Assembly: GCA_018238545.1 (NCBI GenBank) | Contig: JABCTC010000002.1 | Span: 64,001 to 128,000 of the forward strand | Length of the DNA stretch: 64,000 nucleotides | Direction: 5' to 3' | Source: Candidatus Heimdallarchaeota archaeon | Lineage (GTDB): Archaea > Asgardarchaeota > Heimdallarchaeia > Heimdallarchaeales > Heimdallarchaeaceae | Part shown: in pieces, positions 50,476 to 60,356 of the stretch | How positions within the stretch are numbered: position 1 is the first letter of the stretch | Layout of the letters: each line of letters begins with the position of its first letter | Translations under genes and position numbers: made by a program | The notes under the pieces: model-generated | The model's input: the letters and a program-made list of their open reading frames with translations, nothing else | The model's database searches: none | Told to the model about the DNA's origin: nothing

Positions 50476-52422
50476 TTATTTCTTAGTCTTCTTTTTATTA
50501 TTCTTACCCTTAGTTTCTTGAGCTACTTCTTCATATTTGTCAGCAACATAATGATACTTTTTTGGTAATGAAGCTCTAAGGACTTCTAGAAGATTTGAGA
50601 CTGGAATGATTTCAACCTTATTTTTGTACTCTTCCTCAATTTTGACATCATCTTTGTTCTGATAAGGGATAATTACACGCTTAATACCAGCATCTACTGC
50701 TGCTTCAATTTTAGCTGTAACTCCACCAATAGGTAGAACTACTCCCCTTACTGTTAAGCTGCCAGTCATTGCAGTATCTTGTCTGATCGGAGCATTTTCC
50801 AATGCTGATAATATTGCTATTGCTATAGAAATTGAGGCTGAATCCCCTTCAACTCCCGCATATGCTCCAACGAATTGTATATGGTAGTCATAATCAGAAA
50901 TGTCCTCTCCTACGTATTTTTTGACAATTGCTGATACATTTTGAACAGCTTCTCGGGCAATAATCCTTAATTGACCAGTTGCGATAATTTTCCCTTCTCT
51001 TCGACTAAAAGCAGGAACGACTTCAGCTTCAATGGGCATAACAATTCCAGATCTTTGATTGATAACTGCAAGTCCATTAACTCTACCTACTTTGGTTAAT
51101 TCAGTATTAAATATCTTATACAATTTTCTATCTTCAGCATAAGAATCACTTATTTGATTTTCAAGTGTGCGAGCAAGTTTCTTTGCCATTCCTACTGTTT
51201 CAGCTGAAACAAGGTTTTCGTTTTTTTCCTTGGCAAGATCACCTGCAGCACGAATTAAACCACCCAATTCTCGTAATCTGAGAGTTAGCTGACCTTTTCT
51301 GTCAGCTCTTCTTTGAGCTTCATAAATGATTTCTTCTACAGCATCTTTAGAGAAGTGAGGAATTTTACGATCTTTAACGATTTCTTGGGCACAAAAACGG
51401 GCAAGTTTCCGTCTATTCTCAAGAGAATCATCCATTACATCCCTCATGTAGACTTCATATCCTGCACCTTGAATTCGGGAACGAAGAGCAGGATGCATGT
51501 TTCTGGTAGTTTCTATATTACCAGCTGCAATAAGAACAAATCTGCAAGGTACAGGGTCGGAGCGAACCATAGCACCACTACTGAGTTCAGATTGACCAGT
51601 GATCTGCAATTTACCCTCTTGCATAGCTGTTAGTAATTTTTGTTGTGTTCTCATTTCAAGAGTACCAATTTCATCACAATAAAGAACACCCAAATGAGAT
51701 TTGTGAATCAACCCACTTTCGACTCTCTCGTGTGGAGGTGTTCCAAGTCCTCCTGATTGGAAAGGATCATGCCTAACATCTCCTAATAATCCTCCAGCAT
51801 GAGACCCTGTTGCATCGTTAAACGGCGCCCTTTCTTTTTTCGAATTATCTACTAACAGTTTTGGAATCAACATTTCATTTCTTGATCTTGATTGGTTAAG
51901 CATAAAGAAAATAAAGAATCCTACGAACATAGCAATTAATAATGTAACTGGTTGGCTGCTGGGATTACTAGCGGTTGCAATCAGCGCATAACCTATAATT
52001 GCAAAGAGGATTGCTAAAGATATGATGAAGCGTTTATTACCGCTTTTCTTAGCAACTTCCGCATCCATTTCAACCTTTCTAGCTCCATGTCCCTTAGGTA
52101 GTGTTGCAATTCGAGGTTGGTTAGGATATTTTGGGTTTGCTATACATAGAACATCAACTAATTCTTCATTTGGCAATAATTCAGCCATAGCCACTCCTAA
52201 CATACTTTTTCCAGTACCAGGCTCTCCAATAAGAAGAACGTGTCTACGTTGCAATGCTGCCTTCTTTATGAGTTCAGTTGCATTTTCTTGACCAATTACT
52301 TGATCAATTAATCTGGGTGGAACAGATATTTCACTTGTATCGTGAAAATCGATGTCCAATAGAGTATCTCTTTTTATTTTAGACTTCTTAGAAACACCTT
52401 TGGATTTAGCGCCCATATCCAT
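50476..52422 (-). CDS. lonB: Archaeal membrane-anchored ATP-dependent protease LonB
   Basis: GEPGTGKS, two TM helices in the AAA domain, DVRHDPFQSGG, EGDSAS (Ser) and GGVTAK (Lys) dyad. Confidence 0.97.
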   Translation of the reverse strand: MDMGAKSKGVSKKSKIKRDTLLDIDFHDTSEISVPPRLIDQVIGQENATELIKKAALQRRHVLLIGEPGTGKSMLGVAMAELLPNEELVDVLCIANPKYPNQPRIATLPKGHGARKVEMDAEVAKKSGNKRFIISLAILFAIIGYALIATASNPSSQPVTLLIAMFVGFFIFFMLNQSRSRNEMLIPKLLVDNSKKERAPFNDATGSHAGGLLGDVRHDPFQSGGLGTPPHERVESGLIHKSHLGVLYCDEIGTLEMRTQQKLLTAMQEGKLQITGQSELSSGAMVRSDPVPCRFVLIAAGNIETTRNMHPALRSRIQGAGYEVYMRDVMDDSLENRRKLARFCAQEIVKDRKIPHFSKDAVEEIIYEAQRRADRKGQLTLRLRELGGLIRAAGDLAKEKNENLVSAETVGMAKKLARTLENQISDSYAEDRKLYKIFNTELTKVGRVNGLAVINQRSGIVMPIEAEVVPAFSRREGKIIATGQLRIIAREAVQNVSAIVKKYVGEDISDYDYHIQFVGAYAGVEGDSASISIAIAILSALENAPIRQDTAMTGSLTVRGVVLPIGGVTAKIEAAVDAGIKRVIIPYQNKDDVKIEEEYKNKVEIIPVSNLLEVLRASLPKKYHYVADKYEEVAQETKGKNNKKKTKK

Positions 52423-52576
52423 CACAAGAAAATATTCTAACTTTCAATAACTATGATGTTACAGCTTTAATAAATATATGTTTCTATTCAATTTGCTTGA
52501 TTCGTAAACCGTACTGAAAGAGGTTGAATGGACAAAAATTTTAAAGTCTTTTGATTTAGTTTAACACAGACATCAA

Positions 52577-53470
52577 ATGAAGATACTACTAGGTCCAAAT
52601 TCTGATTCATTAGGTGAAAATATATCCAAACAACTAGATTTACCGATTGTAAATTTTAATTTCAAACAATTTTATGATGGAGAAACATATTTTCAGATAG
52701 ACGACCAAGTTGAAAACGAGGATATATTAATTATACAATCAACTTATCCAAATCAGGAAAAAAGTTTATTGGAAGTAATGCTAATAGCTTCAACTTTGAA
52801 AGAATTAGGTGCAGATAGAGTCATAGCTGTTATTCCATATCTTTGTTATACTAGAGCAGATAAAAGGAAATTAAAAGGAGAAGCTCTTTCTCATCATCTT
52901 ACGCTCTCCTATCTTCAGACCTCAGGTGTTGATAGCATTTTAACAGTAAATGTTCATAATAAGGAACAATATCTTGTTCAAGATTCTGGGCTTGATAAAC
53001 AAAATTTGAACGTCTTACCATTCATGGTTGGAGAGTTTCTCAAAGAAAAGAAAAGGAGTAATTGGATAATTGTTGGTCCAGACAAAGGAAGTGAAGAAGA
53101 CATCACACAAATTGCAAATGAGTTCTCTGTTTCATATTATATAATGGAAAAGAGCAGAGATCCAGTTACAAACAGAATCCAAACTAAGAAACCTAATTTT
53201 GATTTTGATGACAAAAATGTGTTAATCATTGATGATATAGTGAGTTCAGGAACAACAGCTAAAGCAGCTTGCTCTCTGATACTCGAAAAAGGTGCTGTAT
53301 CTGTTGCCATATTATTTGCACATGTTTTATCTAAACCTGACGTAATTGCAGACTTGAAGAAGGAAGGGGATTTATTGGTTTATTCCTCTAATACTATTAC
53401 TAGAGATGATGTCGAGCAAATTGACATTAGTCCAATTTTAAGCAAATTTATTGAGGACAAGTATCTATGA
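52577..53470 (+). CDS. prs: Ribose-phosphate pyrophosphokinase
   Basis: F.DGE, PYLCY.RADK, GPDKG, IIDDIVSSGTT. Confidence 0.88.
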   Translation: MKILLGPNSDSLGENISKQLDLPIVNFNFKQFYDGETYFQIDDQVENEDILIIQSTYPNQEKSLLEVMLIASTLKELGADRVIAVIPYLCYTRADKRKLKGEALSHHLTLSYLQTSGVDSILTVNVHNKEQYLVQDSGLDKQNLNVLPFMVGEFLKEKKRSNWIIVGPDKGSEEDITQIANEFSVSYYIMEKSRDPVTNRIQTKKPNFDFDDKNVLIIDDIVSSGTTAKAACSLILEKGAVSVAILFAHVLSKPDVIADLKKEGDLLVYSSNTITRDDVEQIDISPILSKFIEDKYL

Positions 53471-54495
53471 AAAAATATTTAGCTCATATCCGAGGTCATT
53501 ATCAAGAGCTTGGGTTTGAGGAATTTTTTGCAACTTTGGAAGCTGAGAATATCCAATATTCTATCGAAAAAAAAGACAATCAAATCCTCTTATTCAATAC
53601 TAAACAAAATCCCGTGAAAGCAGCAAAAAGGTGTGCATTTCTTCATTCAATCCTAAAAATGATATCAATAGGCAATGTGGAGAAAGATAAATTGGAATTA
53701 CAACAATTCATCTCTTTGCCTGAAATTAAGGATGACAAAACCTTTGCTGTAAGAATCAAGAAAATTGGCAAAAAAGTTATTGAGCAAGATCTCCCAGATT
53801 TGGAAAGAGAAATTGGAGGTTTTGTATATAACAATTATAGAACACAAAATCTAAAAGTTAATCTCAAAAACCCAGACTATTTATTTTTTGGAATATTGAT
53901 TGGCAGAAGATTGTATTTTGGTTTAGAGGTTTGGGTTTTGAATCACTCTGAATATGAAAGTAGGGAACCGAGAAATAGACCGTTTTTCAGACCAGGATCA
54001 ATGAAAACAGAATTTGCTCGTGCAATTGTTAATCTTTCAAGAATAAAACAAAATGAAATGTTCTATGATCCATTCTGCGGGGGCGGAGGATTTTTGATTG
54101 AAGCAGCCACATTAGGCGCAAATGTTCTAGGATCTGAACTTGACAAATTCGCTGTATATGGCTGTAATCAAAACATGAAATTTTACAAAAATACTTACTG
54201 TTCGATAATTCGTTCAGATTCAAGGCACCTACCTATTAAAGAAGCAGATGCAATAGCAACAGACCCACCTTATGCAATTCAATCTTCTACACATGGAGAA
54301 AATGTGAATAGCCTAATTTATGACTTCTTAATTGAATCTCGAACAATTCTAAAGAAAGACTGTTATTTAGTGTTTAGTAGCCCTGCAAAACATGAATCTG
54401 AATTATTGGCTGAAAAAGCTGGGTATTCTATTCAGAAAATTTTAGATACTCGATTGCATAAGTCGTTAACTAGAAGAATTATAGTTCTGAAGTGA
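53467..54495 (+). CDS. trm11: tRNA (guanine-10 N2)-methyltransferase Trm11/TrmG10 (THUMP + MTase)
   Basis: KVNLKNPD, RPFFRPGS, DPFCGGGGFLIEA, ATDPPY, HKSLTR.I. Confidence 0.9.
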   Translation: MKKYLAHIRGHYQELGFEEFFATLEAENIQYSIEKKDNQILLFNTKQNPVKAAKRCAFLHSILKMISIGNVEKDKLELQQFISLPEIKDDKTFAVRIKKIGKKVIEQDLPDLEREIGGFVYNNYRTQNLKVNLKNPDYLFFGILIGRRLYFGLEVWVLNHSEYESREPRNRPFFRPGSMKTEFARAIVNLSRIKQNEMFYDPFCGGGGFLIEAATLGANVLGSELDKFAVYGCNQNMKFYKNTYCSIIRSDSRHLPIKEADAIATDPPYAIQSSTHGENVNSLIYDFLIESRTILKKDCYLVFSSPAKHESELLAEKAGYSIQKILDTRLHKSLTRRIIVLK

Positions 54496-54500
54496 ATTTC

Positions 54501-55409
54501 ATGAGCAATAAGTTTACTGTAACTTTTCTAGGAACATCATCTGCGCCTCCACAAGTAGAAAGACGGCAAAGTTCAGTAGCTATACAGTATCGGAATCATA
54601 CTTTGCTAGTCGATGCTGGAGAAGCTACACAAGTTCAGTTGCTTAAGTACAAGATAAGCTTTTCAAACTTAACTATCTTATTAACTCATTTGCACTCTGA
54701 TCATACTCTTGGTTTGATAGGTCTTCTAACAACTAGAAGTTTATACAACATCTCCAAATCAATAACTATAATAGGTCCTCCATGGACCTCCTCATTTATC
54801 TTCCTTCAATTATTGGCTTATAGATTATATCCAGAATATGATATTAAGGTCATAGAAACTGGTGGGGGAGTGGTTATGTCAAATTCTGATTTTTATATTG
54901 AATCATTTCCAGTTTCTCATGGAGATAATTGTTTAGGGTACAAAATTATCACACATAAATCTTTAGGGGTTTTCAATGTTGATCGAGCCTTGGAGAAAAA
55001 CATTCCAAAAGGAAAGAAATGGAAAAAACTTCAAGAGGGATATCCAATAGAAGTCGAAAATAAGAAAATATTTCCATCAGAAATATTGGATAGGTCAACC
55101 AAAAATCAAACAAAGATAGTCATAACAGGTGATACTTCATTAGACGACAATGTTATTAATAATTCAGCTATGGCTGATTTACTTATTCATGATTCAACTT
55201 ATCCAATGATTGAAGCTGAAAGAGCTAAGAAGCACAAACATTCTACATGTACAGATGCTGCTTTTGTCGCCAAAAGAGCAAATGTAAAGAAATTGATATT
55301 AACACATTTTTCAGAATTGCATAAGAATCTAGCTGAATCTCTGCGTGATGCAAAAGAAATTTTCCCTAACAGTATTGTTGCTTATGATGGTTTAGAAATT
55401 GAAGTTTGA
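54501..55409 (+). CDS. rnz: Ribonuclease Z
   Basis: FLGTS..PP, DAGEATQ, THLHSDH, flexible arm, GDT, IHDSTY, HST, LTHFS. Confidence 0.93.
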   Translation: MSNKFTVTFLGTSSAPPQVERRQSSVAIQYRNHTLLVDAGEATQVQLLKYKISFSNLTILLTHLHSDHTLGLIGLLTTRSLYNISKSITIIGPPWTSSFIFLQLLAYRLYPEYDIKVIETGGGVVMSNSDFYIESFPVSHGDNCLGYKIITHKSLGVFNVDRALEKNIPKGKKWKKLQEGYPIEVENKKIFPSEILDRSTKNQTKIVITGDTSLDDNVINNSAMADLLIHDSTYPMIEAERAKKHKHSTCTDAAFVAKRANVKKLILTHFSELHKNLAESLRDAKEIFPNSIVAYDGLEIEV

Positions 55410-55861
55410 TCTTCTTTCTTGAAGATTTCACCGAAATAGGTTTTCTTTAGCTCGAATCCTTTCTCAGTTCTAGGAGCTAACCAATCTAAAATTCTTCCAG
55501 GATTATTGGACTTGATTATGATTTGAAGATTGCCTAAATGAGAGGAAGTATCAGAAGTTATTACTGAAATTCTATTAACATAAAGTGCTTGTTTGTGTAA
55601 ATTAAAAATTAATTCATTATTTTCGTTATCTATTAATGCACATTTTCTTACAGCATCTAGAACCTTCACATGACGTATGTGATTATAGAATCTCAGCAAT
55701 GAATCAATCTTAGTATCTTTGCTTTTCAACATTGTATACTCTTTGGTTTCCATTTCTTCGATTTCAGGGAGATATCCTAAAAGATTGGTTATGCATTTCT
55801 CTACCTTATTTCTACTTTCAGTAGCATAAACAGGAATTTTAATTGTAAGAATAGGATTCAT
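55382..55861 (-). CDS. UPF0201-family putative RNA-binding protein
   Basis: PVYATE...KV..., LHKQA, ILDWLAPRT..G; usual neighbour of the UPF0200 kinase. Confidence 0.75.
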   Translation of the reverse strand: MNPILTIKIPVYATESRNKVEKCITNLLGYLPEIEEMETKEYTMLKSKDTKIDSLLRFYNHIRHVKVLDAVRKCALIDNENNELIFNLHKQALYVNRISVITSDTSSHLGNLQIIIKSNNPGRILDWLAPRTEKGFELKKTYFGEIFKKEDQTSISKPS

Positions 55862-56439
55862 GTTTTTTTACCTATCTTCAGGTCATTTAAGAGTGAGATG
55901 GAAGATTCCTTAAACGATTCTAGTGTTCTATTGTTTGATAAAATATAATTTGAGAAAACAATAGTTTCTCCTAAACCCAAATTCAATTCAGCTTCATCCC
56001 TTTTTGCAAAATCCTCCTCTGTTTTAGGAGCATCATTTCTCCCCCGTAATTTCAATCTATTGTATCTAATTAGAGGATCAACATGAATAGCTACTATAAT
56101 AAAATCCTTTCCCAAATGCTCTCTGAAATGAGTAACTTCTGCTTGGCTTCTGATTCCATCGATGATTATTTCACTTTGACCTTGTTCTATCAGTTCATCT
56201 ATTGCTAAGCATGTAAGATGGGCAACCGCTTCTTCCCCATATTTTTCTCTTATCTCCAGCATCACTTTTCTTCCCGATTCTGGAGTTTGTTCATGTCCAT
56301 ACTCAATAACTTTAGCTCTCACAACATCACCCATTACGACAGTATTGTAGCCTTCATTATTAGCATGCTCTGCAAAAACACTTTTACCTGAACCAGGCAT
56401 ACCAGTGACTCCAATTATTTTAATTTCAGACTCTGTCAT
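55858..56439 (-). CDS. UPF0200-family P-loop kinase (dephospho-CoA kinase-like)
   Basis: GVTGMPGSGKS, MGDVVR, IDGIRS, RL..RGR.D, RD..EL..G. Confidence 0.85.
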   Translation of the reverse strand: MTESEIKIIGVTGMPGSGKSVFAEHANNEGYNTVVMGDVVRAKVIEYGHEQTPESGRKVMLEIREKYGEEAVAHLTCLAIDELIEQGQSEIIIDGIRSQAEVTHFREHLGKDFIIVAIHVDPLIRYNRLKLRGRNDAPKTEEDFAKRDEAELNLGLGETIVFSNYILSNNRTLESFKESSISLLNDLKIGKKT

Positions 56440-56547
56440 GAGACCCAAAAAGGAAATATTTGTAGAGATTAAAAGTTTTATCAATTGAAAGAATATTCAA
56501 AAAAAGGTGATAAAAGTTTTTAAAATTATAAAAAAAATTGATTTTAG

Positions 56548-57108
56548 ATGGTAAGAGCATTTATATCAATAGATTTTACTGATACAAATATTATTGAAGC
56601 AATCTCTGAAATACAAGAATCAATACAAAGTAGCAAGGCAAGACTAAGGAATGTTAATCCTAAACTACTTCACATGACATTGGAATTTCTGGGTGAAATA
56701 TCTGCAATTGAAATACAAAAAGTAAAAGAAATACTTGATTCAATAAGTTTCAAAAGTTTTTTTCTAAATGTAAATGCAGTTGATGTTTTACCAAATGAAA
56801 AATACATAAGAGTCGTTTACTGCAAAATCAATGGAGATGTTGATATTTTAAAAACGATACAGCGACAACTTCGGATAAAATTGATTGAATGCGGTTTTAA
56901 AACTGATAATAGATCTTTTAAACCACATCTAACAATTGCAAGAGTAAAATCTTCACAGAATAGAAAAGAATTAATGTTAGCTATTAATAATTTCTCTAAC
57001 ATCAAATGTGGAAGACAAGAGATTGTTTCAATTAAATTGAAGCAATCAATCTTAAAATCTGAAGGTCCGGAGTACTCAATTCTGCACGAAATAAGTGCCA
57101 AGACTTGA
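56548..57108 (+). CDS. thpR: RNA 2',3'-cyclic phosphodiesterase (2H phosphoesterase)
   Basis: RAFISID, LHMTL.FLGE, PHLTIARVK, S.L...GP.Y. Confidence 0.93.
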   Translation: MVRAFISIDFTDTNIIEAISEIQESIQSSKARLRNVNPKLLHMTLEFLGEISAIEIQKVKEILDSISFKSFFLNVNAVDVLPNEKYIRVVYCKINGDVDILKTIQRQLRIKLIECGFKTDNRSFKPHLTIARVKSSQNRKELMLAINNFSNIKCGRQEIVSIKLKQSILKSEGPEYSILHEISAKT

Positions 57109-57137
57109 GAAGGATGCAAAATACTAAAGGTGTTATA

Positions 57138-58643
57138 ATGAGCAAAAAACCATCTGTTCGAGAGCCTAATAACAACGAAAAAAACAAGAAAATCGAGCAA
57201 CAAGTTATTGAAGTTATCCAAGTTCAATGGGAGAGACATGAGGAAATTAGAGAGGTTCTAGCTATACTAAGAGAAAAAATTCTGTTAGATATTAACTCTC
57301 TAGGCTTCAAAGGGAGGGTTGAAGTTCAAGGTTCTTTTGTTAGAAAAACTTACCTTGGAGAAGACGAAGTATATGATCTCTTGTTGATACTACCACAGTC
57401 TGAGAAGACAAAAGTTCACCAAATACTCGATTCACTTGTAAAACGCTTGAAAAAGGACCGGATCAGAAATTCTCCATTAGATGTAAATAAACGGACAGGA
57501 AAAATACCTCATTTGCGAATTATTGCAGCGGACGAGTACGTAAACCTATTTGTAGGTTTTGAAGTAACTCCTGGTGAGAAACAGATTTCTATTTTCGATT
57601 CGATTCCAATGCATACACAGTATCTTCTAACACATATGCAAGAAAAAGATAGAAATGAGGTTTTATTACTTAAGAAGTTCATGAAAACTGTGGGCGTGTA
57701 TAGGAGTGAAATAGGCGCTGTAGGTTTTAACGGGTATCTATGTGAACTTCTTATAGTGTTCTATGGTTCCTTTTGGGATACAATTAAAGGAATCAGTGGT
57801 TGGAAAGCTCGAACTATTATAGATATCAAGAGGAAAAAAGTGCAAATGGAGGATGTTGATTCTTTAACAAGTGAAATGCTTAATCGTTACTACCCTCTAT
57901 ATGTGCAAGATCCTCTAAACCCTAAAGATAATGTAGCTGCAGATGTTTCTTTGTTACAATTTATGTCACTTATCGCAGCAGCAAATGTTTACATGTTTGA
58001 TCCTACTATACATTTCTTTGAAGACCTTCCATGCGAAATACCTCCATTTGATGATCTAGTAAAAAACATTATATCAACAGGAAGGGAAATACTAGTATTA
58101 GTTCTCAAGCGCAATTTTCAAGAATCTGAAATTTGTTGGCAAAAAGCACTATCTGCTAAATCTGCATTTGCTTCTGAAATTTTCGCAAATAACTATATCT
58201 TAGAAAGATCTTATGCATTTGTTTCTGATGATCATTATGGGTTAATGATTTCTCTGATGAACGCAGATCCTCAATTATTACTCCGAAAAGATGGTCCTGA
58301 TATTACCTCAAAAGATTCTCTGGAGTTCTTGAGGCGCTATTCGAAGCATATTGATGTTGTAGCTGGACCATTTATTGATAATGATAGATGGGCTGTTTAT
58401 CTTACTAAGAAAGGTCAAAATATACATGATTTTCTAGAAAACCTAGTAAAGAAAAACACCTTTGTTCTCAATGTTGATTCTTTTCTAAAAGTGGAAATCA
58501 AAGAGAAAATGAATGTGCTTGGAATAGATGAAAAACTCAGAGAAATATATGAGTTTGATTCTACATTTGCTGAGAACTTGTACACTTTTATTGAAAGAAA
58601 ACCTCTTTGGATTTGCAGTATTAGCGATAATAACAATGAGTAA
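57138..58643 (+). CDS. cca: Archaeal class I CCA-adding enzyme homolog (catalytic motif degenerate)
   Basis: GSF.R.T.L....D, EVLLLKKFMK..GVY..E....GF.GYLCELLI..YGSF, DP.NP..NVAA; follows thpR. Confidence 0.85.
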   Translation: MSKKPSVREPNNNEKNKKIEQQVIEVIQVQWERHEEIREVLAILREKILLDINSLGFKGRVEVQGSFVRKTYLGEDEVYDLLLILPQSEKTKVHQILDSLVKRLKKDRIRNSPLDVNKRTGKIPHLRIIAADEYVNLFVGFEVTPGEKQISIFDSIPMHTQYLLTHMQEKDRNEVLLLKKFMKTVGVYRSEIGAVGFNGYLCELLIVFYGSFWDTIKGISGWKARTIIDIKRKKVQMEDVDSLTSEMLNRYYPLYVQDPLNPKDNVAADVSLLQFMSLIAAANVYMFDPTIHFFEDLPCEIPPFDDLVKNIISTGREILVLVLKRNFQESEICWQKALSAKSAFASEIFANNYILERSYAFVSDDHYGLMISLMNADPQLLLRKDGPDITSKDSLEFLRRYSKHIDVVAGPFIDNDRWAVYLTKKGQNIHDFLENLVKKNTFVLNVDSFLKVEIKEKMNVLGIDEKLREIYEFDSTFAENLYTFIERKPLWICSISDNNNE

Positions 58644-58662
58644 AAATAAAAAGAGAAGAATT

Positions 58663-60165
58663 TTACTTCTTCTTTCTTCTGTAAATTAATAGAGCTACTG
58701 GTGATAATGCAGCTAAAATTATGAAAAGATCTGTAATGCTAAATCCTATAGCAAAAGTGTTTTCGCTATTTCCTGTTGGTTCTTCACCTTCAGCAAGAAA
58801 CTTAACTGGATTTACAATGAAAGCTACTGTGCCATTATCATCTTTCATATGGAAGTAGTTAGGTCCATGTTCGCCATCTTGAGAAATAAGATATGTTATG
58901 TACATTTTGTCTCCTGTTGCGAAGTCAGGATCTCTACCATCAAGATCGCCTGAAGCCATCGGTTTAGAAAATTCAGTATATCTATAGTCTCCTTGGTAAG
59001 TCATGTTTCCTTCGCCATCATTGAAACCTCCAACATCAAGGTCATTTTTGGGTCCAGAACCATCTGCAAGATAAATCATCTGATCATAATAACCATATGT
59101 GCCAACAGAAACGAAATCTGTTCCATCTGTGGTGTTTAACATATCTTCAGTTTTTCCAATAATGAACATTGTACTATCTTGTTCATCTATAGTAACATCG
59201 AAAATTTTGACGAACATATAGTAATTTATTCCATCGTGGAACACTTTGAGTGATCCTTCCAAGCTATCTCCAGGAAACCATTCCCCAGTTTCAAAATTAT
59301 ACCCAGTTATAGAGAAATTATATTCGATGACATCTGCCCAAACTGAATCCGTATCTTCTCCATCAATTATTATGGAAGTTGAAATATACTCAGCTTCATA
59401 TTGTTCACCAACTACATAATGCATTTCTATAGGTTCCGGAACATAAATGTCCAGAACATCTCCTTGGTTAGCACCTATGTCCAATCTGATATATCGGAAA
59501 CCATCTTGATTAATTGATCCCCAGTTTGGTCCATCTGTATCTGGTTGGGTTCCAACCCAAGCTAAAACTTCAACAGCTATTGCTTGCCCCCATCCTAAAG
59601 CAATATCTTTACCTAAAGTATCTCCCGAGTTGATTAACTTTGTTCCTTCAAAGTATGTACCAACTCCTATGTGTTTGAAGGTTTTTGCTTCAGCATCCTG
59701 TGTTCCACCTAAGAAATCATCAGGTTGGGGTGGGTCATATATACCTTCGTCTGGCCATGCTATATCTAATACTGTGTCGTAGATAGCGTCCATCTGTATA
59801 CCATCTTCCATTCCTGGTTTTCCAAAGAAATGTAAGAGGAGTCCATTCACAACTCCATAGACTTCAGGAACAAAAGCATACATGTGAAGGTGGGTTGAGT
59901 TATGAGCAAAATTAATAGTTATAGTTATGATGTCAACACTTTCTGTCGAAGAAGCATCATCCCCAAATTCTGTTATATCAATATAGCCTTGATAATAATC
60001 ATCCCATTCGCTATTTGAAGCATCAAGAAAGATGCTGGCTTCGTAAGGAGCTATAAGTGATAAAGCAGGGGGTAACTCTTCTGCAGTTACTTGTTGTAAT
60101 GCTACACCGATTATACTATAACTTAACAAAATAAAAAGTCCTATTGTTATAATCTTTTTTTTCAT
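58663..60165 (-). CDS. Secreted/surface acidic protein with two tandem DOMON/CBM9-like repeats and C-terminal TM anchor
   Basis: Signal peptide MKKKIIT..; two internal repeats; C-terminal GF...TM...YRRKKK. Confidence 0.75.
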   Translation of the reverse strand: MKKKIITIGLFILLSYSIIGVALQQVTAEELPPALSLIAPYEASIFLDASNSEWDDYYQGYIDITEFGDDASSTESVDIITITINFAHNSTHLHMYAFVPEVYGVVNGLLLHFFGKPGMEDGIQMDAIYDTVLDIAWPDEGIYDPPQPDDFLGGTQDAEAKTFKHIGVGTYFEGTKLINSGDTLGKDIALGWGQAIAVEVLAWVGTQPDTDGPNWGSINQDGFRYIRLDIGANQGDVLDIYVPEPIEMHYVVGEQYEAEYISTSIIIDGEDTDSVWADVIEYNFSITGYNFETGEWFPGDSLEGSLKVFHDGINYYMFVKIFDVTIDEQDSTMFIIGKTEDMLNTTDGTDFVSVGTYGYYDQMIYLADGSGPKNDLDVGGFNDGEGNMTYQGDYRYTEFSKPMASGDLDGRDPDFATGDKMYITYLISQDGEHGPNYFHMKDDNGTVAFIVNPVKFLAEGEEPTGNSENTFAIGFSITDLFIILAALSPVALLIYRRKKK

Positions 60166-60356
60166 GTTTAAACCCCCGTTTAAGGTTATATGTCAATGGC
60201 TTTTTTATTATATATAATATCTGTTTTAGGAAACTAGAATAATACAATTTTGAGAAAATTCGAATACTCTGTTCAAGATTTGACATAAGATGATATTTGC
60301 TTTTTAGTTTAAATAGTGAAAAATTGGAAAGAATTATTGATAACAGAGATGCTATT

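Noticed and set aside
34116-52422. Inteins in PolB or LonB
   Set aside because: Lengths and motif spacing are normal and no splice-junction or LAGLIDADG motifs are seen
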